A stretch of 32,000 nt of DNA from Candidatus Saccharimonadota bacterium. Lineage in GTDB: Bacteria > Patescibacteriota > Saccharimonadia > Saccharimonadales > Saccharimonadaceae. Each line of letters opens with the position of its first letter. Position 1 is the first letter of the stretch. This document shows positions 25,989-32,000 of the stretch, one piece after another. The notes below the pieces were generated by a model, which made no database searches, was not told the origin of the DNA, and saw only the letters and a program-made list of their open reading frames with translations. The translations under genes and the position numbers were made by a program. The stretch is taken from NCBI GenBank assembly GCA_039920285.1, contig JBDSDX010000001.1:270001-302000 (forward strand), in the 5' to 3' direction.

Positions 25989-27881
25989 ATGGGTAAAATT
26001 ATTGGAATCGATTTAGGTACAACTAACAGCGCTGTTGCGTATATGGTTGCTGGAAAACCAGAAGTTATTGCGAACGCTGAAGGCAACCGAACAACCCCTA
26101 GTGTTGTTGCTATAAACAAAAATGGTGAACGTCTTGTCGGGCAAGTTGCTCAACGTCAGCGTGTCACTAACGCAAAGAACACTATCTATGGTGTGAAGCG
26201 TTTAATTGGCCGTAAATTTGGTGATGCTGAAGTTCAAAAAGACCTCGACATCATGCCGTACGAAATTGTCAAAAAAGGCGATGGCGTTGGTGTGAAGATG
26301 GGTGACAAGGACTACACACCAGAAGAAGTCTCAGCAATGATTCTTTCAAAGATTAAAGCAGATGCTGAAGCTTTCTTGGGCGAGAAAGTCACCGAAGCGG
26401 TTATTACCGTTCCTGCGTACTTCGATGACTCGCAACGACAAGCGACAAAAGATGCTGGTAAGATTGCTGGTCTTGAAGTAAAACGTATTATTAACGAACC
26501 AACCGCTGCTGCTCTTGCCTATGGCCTCGAAAGCAAAAAGGATGAGAAGATTGTTGTCTTCGACCTAGGTGGTGGAACTTTTGACGTTTCTATCTTGGAA
26601 CTAGGTGATGGTGTCTTTGAAGTTAAATCAACCAATGGTGATACTCACCTAGGTGGTGAAGACTTCGACAACCGCATCGTTAACCACTTCTTAGACGTTT
26701 TCAAGCAAAATGAAGGCATTGACCTAAAAGGTGACAAAGCAGCGATGCAGCGTCTTAAGGACGAGGCTGAGAAAGCAAAGAAGGAACTGTCTGCAACCAA
26801 CGAGACTGAAATTAACCTGCCATTCTTAACAGCTGATGCAGATGGTCCAAAACACTTTGAATATAAGTTGACGCGAAGCAAGCTCGAAGAGCTCGTTAAG
26901 GATTTGATCGATGGTGTCGCGAAACCTGTCGAAAACGCATTGAAAGACGCTGGTCTCAAGACGACTGATATCGATGAAATCGTGCTTGTTGGTGGTATGA
27001 CTCGTATGCCAGCAGTTGTTGAAAAAGTGAAAGCAATTTTTGGTAAAGATCCACTTAAAGGTGTGAATCCTGATGAAGTTGTTGCTATTGGTGCAGCGAT
27101 TCAAGGTGGAGTGCTTGCCGGTGACGTCAAAGACGTTCTCTTGCTCGACGTGACGCCTCTGTCACTCGGTATTGAAACTATGGGAGGTGTTGCAAGCAAG
27201 GTTATTGAACGAAACACAACTGTCCCGACAAGTAAATCTGAAACATTCTCAACTGCTGCCGATAGCCAACCACAAGTTGAAATCCATGTGACTCAAGGTG
27301 AACGTGAGCTCGCTGTTGATAACAAGTCACTGGGTCGCTTTATTCTTGATGGTATTGCCTCAGCACCTCGTGGTGTTCCTCAGATTGAAGTAACGTTCAA
27401 TATTGATGCCAACGGTATCCTGAATGTGACCGCTAAAGACAAGGGAACAGGCAAAGAACAAAGCATTACGATCTCTGACAGTGGCAATCTTTCAAAAGAA
27501 GATATCGAAAAGGCTGCGAAGGATGCTGAACTTCACGCTGATGAAGACAAGAAAAAGCGTGAGTCAATTGATGCCCGTAATGGTCTCGAGAGTGCGATCT
27601 ACCAAGCTGAAAAAATGCCTGATGAATTCAAAGACAAGATTTCTGATGAAGACAAAAAAGTCATCGTTGATGCTGTCGATGAAGCAAAAAAGCACAAAGA
27701 CGCTGAGGATAAAGAAGAACTAGAAGCTGCATTAAAAGCATTGAATGATGCCGTTATGCCGATTGGTTCTAAGATGTACGAAGCTGCAGCCAAAGAAGAG
27801 GCACCAGCTTCTGACGATGCTGAAAAGAAAGATGACGAGCCAGTTGAAGGCGAAGTTGTCGATGAGAAGACTGAGAAGTAG
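25989..27881 (+). CDS. dnaK: molecular chaperone DnaK (Hsp70)
   Basis: 630 aa. [22 protein letters not shown] and [10 protein letters not shown] motifs. SD AAGGAG lies upstream. Confidence 0.99.
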   Translation: MGKIIGIDLGTTNSAVAYMVAGKPEVIANAEGNRTTPSVVAINKNGERLVGQVAQRQRVTNAKNTIYGVKRLIGRKFGDAEVQKDLDIMPYEIVKKGDGVGVKMGDKDYTPEEVSAMILSKIKADAEAFLGEKVTEAVITVPAYFDDSQRQATKDAGKIAGLEVKRIINEPTAAALAYGLESKKDEKIVVFDLGGGTFDVSILELGDGVFEVKSTNGDTHLGGEDFDNRIVNHFLDVFKQNEGIDLKGDKAAMQRLKDEAEKAKKELSATNETEINLPFLTADADGPKHFEYKLTRSKLEELVKDLIDGVAKPVENALKDAGLKTTDIDEIVLVGGMTRMPAVVEKVKAIFGKDPLKGVNPDEVVAIGAAIQGGVLAGDVKDVLLLDVTPLSLGIETMGGVASKVIERNTTVPTSKSETFSTAADSQPQVEIHVTQGERELAVDNKSLGRFILDGIASAPRGVPQIEVTFNIDANGILNVTAKDKGTGKEQSITISDSGNLSKEDIEKAAKDAELHADEDKKKRESIDARNGLESAIYQAEKMPDEFKDKISDEDKKVIVDAVDEAKKHKDAEDKEELEAALKALNDAVMPIGSKMYEAAAKEEAPASDDAEKKDDEPVEGEVVDEKTEK

Positions 27882-27886
27882 ATACT

Positions 27887-28318
27887 ATGGAGTTGCTGAT
27901 ATTCTTTCTAGGTATTGCAACCTCACTCCTTTCATATATAGGTTATAACTTTTTACTTAAACCGATCATTAGTCTTAACGAGTTTAAGGCTAAGATCGGT
28001 CATACATTAACTTATTACTCGCATATTATTACCAGCCCCGGAAGAGGCAAGCTTGCTGATGAGGCGTCGCCAATTATTCGTGATCTGGCTTTTGAGTTAG
28101 AAGAAAAGTATCTACTCGTGCCCTTAAATAAACTCGCAACATTCTTTAGGCTCATACCCGCTCGTAATTCGGTCGTTACTGTTAAAGGACAGATTATTTT
28201 TATGTCTAATTCTGTCAGTGCAGATGGCAAAACTGATCAGAATCACAAAGCACTTGAAGAGGTATTTACACTTTTGAATATAAAAGAGCTCGAACCAAGG
28301 AACAACAATAAGAAATAA
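27887..28318 (+). CDS. hypothetical protein with an N-terminal TM helix (orphan, AT-rich)
   Basis: 143 aa. It starts 5 nt after the dnaK stop and has no clear SD. By eye it is visibly lower in GC than its neighbours. I recognised no motif. Confidence 0.5.
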   Translation: MELLIFFLGIATSLLSYIGYNFLLKPIISLNEFKAKIGHTLTYYSHIITSPGRGKLADEASPIIRDLAFELEEKYLLVPLNKLATFFRLIPARNSVVTVKGQIIFMSNSVSADGKTDQNHKALEEVFTLLNIKELEPRNNNKK

Positions 28319-28386
28319 CTTTAAAATATACTGGATGTTTTCTTTTTAATCCATTAAGTTATACTTGGAGAAATAAGGAGATTTCA

Positions 28387-28938
28387 ATGACAGCAGCGGC
28401 AAATAAAGTAGGTTCAGGATTCGGCATTGCCTCGATGGTATTGGGAATTGTTAGTTTGTTTGGACTAGGTGTGTTGACGGGTATTCCTGCAATTATTCTC
28501 GGCATCATTGCGATACGTAAACATAAAGGTGCGGGATTTGGCATGGGTATCGCTGGAGTAGTGACTGGCGCAATAGGTATTTTAGTCGGGATCATTTTCG
28601 TTATGACCTTCATTGCATTACCGTCTTTGCAGGGAAGCCAGCGTGATACGCAGGCGAAAAGTGATATCTCTTTCTTAAATAGTGCTATCACTGCTTACTC
28701 TTCGAACAATCGAGGCTCATTTCCAAGTGACGATGAATTTACTGGCGGCAGTTTTGCTACCAGTAATCTTGACGGAGGTTTTACTAAAAAGATTGTCATT
28801 AACGAATTGCCAACGACATCTACAATCGTCTTCGTCCGCGGAATGAAATGTCCAGAAGATGGAAGCGTGACAGGGGACCGCTTTTACAGCTTGAAGACAT
28901 TGCTCAACAATGGCTCCGAGTATTGTCTCAGTAATTAG
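28387..28938 (+). CDS. DUF4190-like double-TM anchor fused to a pilin-like extracellular domain
   Basis: SD AAGGAG. The N-terminal GFGIASMVLGIVSLFG...IPAIILGIIAIRKHKGAGFGMGIAGVVTGAIGILVG fits the DUF4190 pattern. It is followed by ALPSLQGSQRDTQAKSDISFLNSAITAYSSNNRGSFP (pilin alpha1-C/head pattern) and a C-terminal Cys pair (KCPEDG...EYC). Confidence 0.65.
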   Translation: MTAAANKVGSGFGIASMVLGIVSLFGLGVLTGIPAIILGIIAIRKHKGAGFGMGIAGVVTGAIGILVGIIFVMTFIALPSLQGSQRDTQAKSDISFLNSAITAYSSNNRGSFPSDDEFTGGSFATSNLDGGFTKKIVINELPTTSTIVFVRGMKCPEDGSVTGDRFYSLKTLLNNGSEYCLSN

Positions 28939-28954
28939 ATAACAAAAAAAACTA

Positions 28955-28983
28955 TTGTCAATGTACTAGACTACTGGTATTAT
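28955..28983 (+). promoter_or_regulatory. near-consensus promoter TTGTCA-17-TATTAT
   Basis: The -10 ends 6 nt before ATG 28990. Confidence 0.5.
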
Positions 28984-28989
28984 ACGATT

Positions 28990-29082
28990 ATGAACAAGTT
29001 TAATTCATATCAATCAGCCATCGTCACGGGCAAAATGCTCGGCGGCTTTGATTGCCATGGTATGACTTATCTTCACTCTTAA
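28990..29082 (+). CDS. candidate leaderless 30-aa small ORF / leader peptide (MNKFNSYQSAIVTGKMLGGFDCHGMTYLHS)
   Basis: The ATG is at the predicted transcription start of the 28955-28983 promoter, the same geometry as several bona fide genes in this window. There is no homology evidence. Confidence 0.3.
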   Translation: MNKFNSYQSAIVTGKMLGGFDCHGMTYLHS

Positions 29083-29108
29083 TTGATTTACATATATTGA
29101 CGCAAGAT

Positions 29109-29138
29109 AAGTCTCCAAGTACCGGAGACTTTTTCATT
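29109..29138 (+). terminator. intrinsic terminator / attenuator hairpin between the small ORF and the GNAT gene
   Basis: AAGTCTCC-aagtacc-GGAGACTT followed by TTTCATT. Confidence 0.55.
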
Positions 29139-29194
29139 ACTTGGAGGCTCATCTGGTCTCGAAATACGAGACCAATAAAAGAAAGGAGACTATC

Positions 29195-29869
29195 ATGTCT
29201 TTTGGTCCTATCATGCGGTTTACGGTCGATGAACTACATATCGAGCTCGCACCTCTCAATAAAGAGGTAATGAGCGAGTTCATCAACCCAGGTATGAACC
29301 AGGCATCTATCACTCGTTACTTGGCTTCGCATGTCGCAAAGACGATCGAGGACGAGGAAGAGTGGTACGAGAAGACTCGAAAAGCTGAAGACGTCATTGT
29401 CTGGGGTATTTGGCTAATCGAAGGTGAGAAGCGAACACTGATTGGTAATAGCGCGTTAGAGCATATCGAAATCAGCGACGCTCACATGCACCAAGCAATT
29501 AGCGGTTCTTTAATATTCCGTAAGGAATTATGGGGACGTGGTATTGCCAGTGCGGCTCACAAAGCGCGCACTTGGTATGCTTTTCATGAAGTAGGTATGC
29601 ACCGAATTACATCGGCCGTTATCCATGGGAATGGTGGAAGTCTCAAAGCGCTAAAGCGATCTGGGTACGAGTTGGTCTATGTCGAACGCAATACAGTGTT
29701 CGTCGATGGTCAGGTTCGTCACCAGGATAACTTGGAATGCCTGAACCCAGAGGACCCTTTCTGGAGCCAGTGGTGGCATGGTGAGCGACCAAGTAAACGT
29801 GCGATCGATGCTCGTTTGCGGACTCGTGAGGCTCTAAAGTGGGCTGAAGAGAACGTGGAGCTCGCCTAA
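29195..29869 (+). CDS. GNAT-family N-acetyltransferase (RimJ/RimL-like)
   Basis: ATG 29195 is preceded by SD AAAGGAGA. The motif-A-like LWGRGIASAAH, the beta-strand pattern and GGSLKALKRSGYELV are typical of Acetyltransf_3-type GNATs. Confidence 0.75.
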   Translation: MSFGPIMRFTVDELHIELAPLNKEVMSEFINPGMNQASITRYLASHVAKTIEDEEEWYEKTRKAEDVIVWGIWLIEGEKRTLIGNSALEHIEISDAHMHQAISGSLIFRKELWGRGIASAAHKARTWYAFHEVGMHRITSAVIHGNGGSLKALKRSGYELVYVERNTVFVDGQVRHQDNLECLNPEDPFWSQWWHGERPSKRAIDARLRTREALKWAEENVELA

Positions 29870-29874
29870 CCTCG

Positions 29875-29901
29875 ACCCCCGTCACAAAATGTGGCGGGGG
29901 T
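29875..29901 (+). terminator. GC-rich hairpin after the GNAT gene (weak U-tract)
   Basis: ACCCCCGTCAC-aaaa-TGTGGCGGGGGT, with one G-T pair. It is followed by TCAAAC. Confidence 0.4.
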
Positions 29902-29945
29902 TCAAACATAAGCGTATAATAAGGATGTAATAAGGAGGGAAGAAT

Positions 29946-30212
29946 ATGGATGGACTAGGATTTATTGGATGGATCGTACTCGGTGGCTTGGCTGGCTGGG
30001 TTGCGTCGATGATTATGGGCAATAATGCTCGTCAAGGATTACTCGGCAATATTGTTGTAGGAATCGTTGGTGGACTGATTGGTGGCTTCGTTTTCGGATT
30101 GCTCGGTGGGTCCGGAGTGACAGGCTTCAACCTATGGAGTTTCTTAGTCGCGCTTGTCGGTGCGGTGATACTTCTGTTTCTGTGGCGACTTATTTCAGGT
30201 CGTAAGGCCTAA
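29946..30212 (+). CDS. GlsB/YeaQ/YmgE-family (transglycosylase-associated) small membrane protein
   Basis: 88 aa. GFIGWIVLGGLAGWVASMIMG and GIVGGLIGGFVFGLLGG are Gly-zipper TM helices typical of this family. A TATAAT box is at 29915-29920 and the SD is AAGGAGGG. Confidence 0.8.
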   Translation: MDGLGFIGWIVLGGLAGWVASMIMGNNARQGLLGNIVVGIVGGLIGGFVFGLLGGSGVTGFNLWSFLVALVGAVILLFLWRLISGRKA

Positions 30213-30217
30213 TAAAA

Positions 30218-30245
30218 AGCCCGCTCGTAGAGAGCGGGCTTTTTT
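30218..30245. terminator. bidirectional intrinsic terminator between convergent genes
   Basis: AAAAAGCCCGCTC-gtaga-GAGCGGGCTTTTTT. Confidence 0.85.
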
Positions 30246-30263
30246 GTTTTAGTCTTTTATCGA

Positions 30264-31016
30264 TTAGATAAGGACGACAGTGTTGTCTTTAACTTCAACG
30301 ATGGTGTTTGTTGAGTTGTTTGAGTTGTCGACAGATGTGTTTGTTGTCGGGTTGCTACTATTGTCGTTGCCATTGTTCTGGCTTGTGTTGGTAGTCGTGT
30401 CATTGTTGTTGTTTTGGTTGTTCGTGTTGCCATTGTTCTGGCTTGTGTTGGTAGTCGTTTGGCTACTGTTTGAAGCATCTGTGTTAGTGGTCGTTTTAGT
30501 GACAATAGACGTGTTGGTAGTCGTGTCATTGTTGTTGTTTTGGTTGTTCGTGTTGCCATTGTTCTGGCTTGTGTTTGTAGTTGTAGACGTGTTGGTAGTT
30601 GGTGCGAAAACTGGAGCAAATGTGTTGCCGTTGTTTTTGCTGATAGTCTTTGTTGTTGTGTTAGTGGTGTTGTAGATGGTAGTGGTAGAAGTTGAGTTGG
30701 TGTTAGTGGTGTTGAATGATCCGCTAACGTTACCAACTGCTGGGAACGCACCGAGGTGTACACCAGCAGGTGCAGAAGTACTTGCTGTTGAGGTTGCTGC
30801 AGGTGTTGTTGCTGATGCTGTCGGGTCAACACAAACACTGACGCCAGATTGGCTGTTGTTGTTTGCGGTTGTTAATGCGTTTGCTGAGCTACCACTCATC
30901 AAAGACATGATAATGACTGTTGATAGGACGACTGCTGCTACGATTGAACCGAACATGACGGCTGCAAACATGTAGAGCTGATTATTCTGTGTTGTTGATG
31001 ATGCTTGTAAGCTCAT
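30264..31016 (-). CDS. secreted or anchored Thr/Asn-rich repeat protein
   Basis: ATG 31016 is preceded by SD GGGAG. The signal/anchor is YMFAAVMFGSIVAAVVLSTVIIMSLMSGSSANA. The mature part is low-complexity T/N/S with the repeat TTTNTSQNNGNTNNQNNNNDTTTNTS. Confidence 0.7.
   Translation of the reverse strand: MSLQASSTTQNNQLYMFAAVMFGSIVAAVVLSTVIIMSLMSGSSANALTTANNNSQSGVSVCVDPTASATTPAATSTASTSAPAGVHLGAFPAVGNVSGSFNTTNTNSTSTTTIYNTTNTTTKTISKNNGNTFAPVFAPTTNTSTTTNTSQNNGNTNNQNNNNDTTTNTSIVTKTTTNTDASNSSQTTTNTSQNNGNTNNQNNNNDTTTNTSQNNGNDNSSNPTTNTSVDNSNNSTNTIVEVKDNTVVLI
30366..30600. repeat. nested direct DNA repeats inside the Thr/Asn-rich gene
   Basis: A 65-nt perfect repeat occurs at 30385-30449 and 30511-30575. 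A 33-nt perfect repeat occurs at 30366-30398 and 30426-30458. A further diverged copy lies at about 30551-30600. Confidence 0.9.
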
Positions 31017-31234
31017 TTCCTTATACTCCCTTTCACTCGCAGTGAAAATATTAGTTAAGAGAACCTCCACCATTCCTTAAAAATAACTGTACACGTACAG
31101 AAATAGTTTGACAATAAGCATTTTTATGTTATTAAACATAACCATAATGAGTTATCCACAGTTATGTTGTATCTTCTTACTTTTGTGCAAGCAGTGACGA
31201 CTCGAGTTTGACCAGAAATTACTATAAGTGTTTA

Positions 31235-32000
31235 ATGAAAGAGCTAATGTTAAAAATAAATACACGACACCCTCTCAATAACGCCCAAGGATTTACTATT
31301 GTCGAACTTCTTATCGTAATTGTCGTTATTGGTATTTTGGCTTCGATCACTATTGTTGCTTTTAGTGGTGTTCAGCAAAAAGCCGGCATTGCTTTGCTAA
31401 AATCTGATCTTTCGAGTGCGTCTCGGCAACTCGAAGTAGCAAAAGTTAATAATAATGACGTCTATCCGAGTACGACCACGGCTATCAAAAAAGCCGACAG
31501 TACTACCTACCAATACACTTATAATAGTGGAACAAATTATTATTGTTTAACGGCAACTTCTCCGAACGTTCAAAACGATTCGTATTATATTGATAGCAAT
31601 ACACTAATTGTGCAACAAGGACTATGTACTGGACATGTACTCCCTGGAGCTCCGGTGACTGGATGGAAGTATGTGTCTGCTGGAAGTAACGCTGCAACTT
31701 GTGGAATCGCCTCGAACGATAAAGTCTATTGTTGGGGATTCAATTATAATGGGCGTTTTGGTAACGGAACATCGACAAATAGTCTGTTACCGACGCCTAC
31801 TGATAGCTCTGGTGTTCTAGCCGGAAAGGTGATTACTGGACTTGAACTTGGACCAAGCTCTACCTGTGCGTACACATCAAATCAAGTATTCTGCTGGGGT
31901 GGAGGATCATTGGGAAATGGTGTTGCGGGTTCAAGCCTGGTTCCAGTAGCGACGACTATGTCAGGCGTGTTATCAGGGAAGACGATCCAATCTGTAGCAC
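31235..32000 (+). CDS. prepilin-type N-terminal domain protein fused to RCC1-like beta-propeller repeats; 3' end is outside the window
   Basis: Own translation (not in the ORF track): MKELMLKINTRHPLNNAQG|FTIVELLIVIVVIGILASITIVAF, then a pilin-like head with a Cys pair. Next come AATCGIASNDKVYCWGFNYNGRFGNGTSTNSLLPTP and SSTCAYTSNQVFCWGGGSLGNGVAGSSLVPVA. The frame is open to base 32000. An alternative start is ATG 31247. Confidence 0.75.
   Translation, partial: MKELMLKINTRHPLNNAQGFTIVELLIVIVVIGILASITIVAFSGVQQKAGIALLKSDLSSASRQLEVAKVNNNDVYPSTTTAIKKADSTTYQYTYNSGTNYYCLTATSPNVQNDSYYIDSNTLIVQQGLCTGHVLPGAPVTGWKYVSAGSNAATCGIASNDKVYCWGFNYNGRFGNGTSTNSLLPTPTDSSGVLAGKVITGLELGPSSTCAYTSNQVFCWGGGSLGNGVAGSSLVPVATTMSGVLSGKTIQSVA

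Noticed and set aside
25838-26119. 93-aa minus-strand ORF spanning the dnaK promoter and start
   Set aside because: It overlaps the CIRCE/promoter region and the 5' end of dnaK. It is a hydrophobic artefact of antisense reading with no expression signals.
29141-29194. TTG-initiated extension of the GNAT ORF
   Set aside because: It starts immediately after the terminator hairpin and spans a second hairpin. ATG 29195 has a strong SD (AAAGGAGA) at ideal spacing.
29893-29905. T-loop-like GGGGGTTCAAAC, suggesting a tRNA
   Set aside because: No complementary T-stem strand, acceptor stem or anticodon arm can be built around it. It is the 3' arm of the hairpin following the GNAT gene.
30280-30975. 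Plus-strand Leu/Val-rich ORFs (131 aa and 99 aa) opposite the Thr/Asn-rich gene
   Set aside because: They are mirror images of the ACN/AAY-rich codons. They have no signal sequence logic, SD or promoter, whereas the minus-strand frame has an SD, a signal peptide and a terminator.
1-32000. Scan for CRISPR arrays, IS elements/transposases, prophage genes, toxin-antitoxin pairs and known defence-system signatures
   Set aside because: No regularly spaced direct repeats, no terminal inverted repeats flanking a transposase-like ORF, and no recognisable nuclease/ATPase defence modules were seen. The only repeats are the intragenic T/N-rich repeats and the CIRCE operators.

Overview
This is a compact, almost fully coding bacterial chromosome segment of moderate GC, and most of it is housekeeping. 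In order it contains recA-Nudix-recX; a minus-strand type IV pilus (T4P) assembly operon (pilB-pilC-pilM-pilN-pilO-like plus two uncharacterised distal genes); and a separate pilin gene. These are followed by tsaE-tsaB, RNase Y, 6-phosphogluconolactonase, an EEP-family hydrolase and tRNA-Pro(UGG). Next come a GT-C (PMT/ArnT-like) glycosyltransferase convergent with an acyltransferase-3/OpgC-like membrane protein, then tilS-ftsH-murJ-lepA and an adenylate-kinase-like paralog. The heat-shock locus is split: CIRCE-hrcA-grpE, a 1.7 kb insert, then CIRCE-dnaK, with no dnaJ. Short versions of HrcA, TsaB and TilS, a secretin-less T4P set and the tight packing suggest a reduced-genome lineage such as Saccharibacteria/Patescibacteria. 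That is inference from gene content only; no search was run. The last ~4 kb (27.9-32 kb) looks accessory and encodes cell-surface proteins. These are an AT-rich orphan, a DUF4190-like membrane anchor fused to a pilin-like domain, a GNAT behind a candidate leader-peptide/terminator element, a GlsB/YeaQ-type protein, and a Thr/Asn-rich repeat protein with perfect 65-bp DNA repeats. The block ends with a prepilin fused to RCC1-type propeller repeats; that ORF runs off the window and is absent from the ORF track. A recurring regulatory pattern is a -10 box 6-9 nt upstream of start codons with no Shine-Dalgarno, which predicts leaderless mRNAs. I saw no CRISPR array, IS element, integrase, rRNA or recognisable defence system. 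All family assignments rest on motif recognition by eye and need HMM or structure confirmation.
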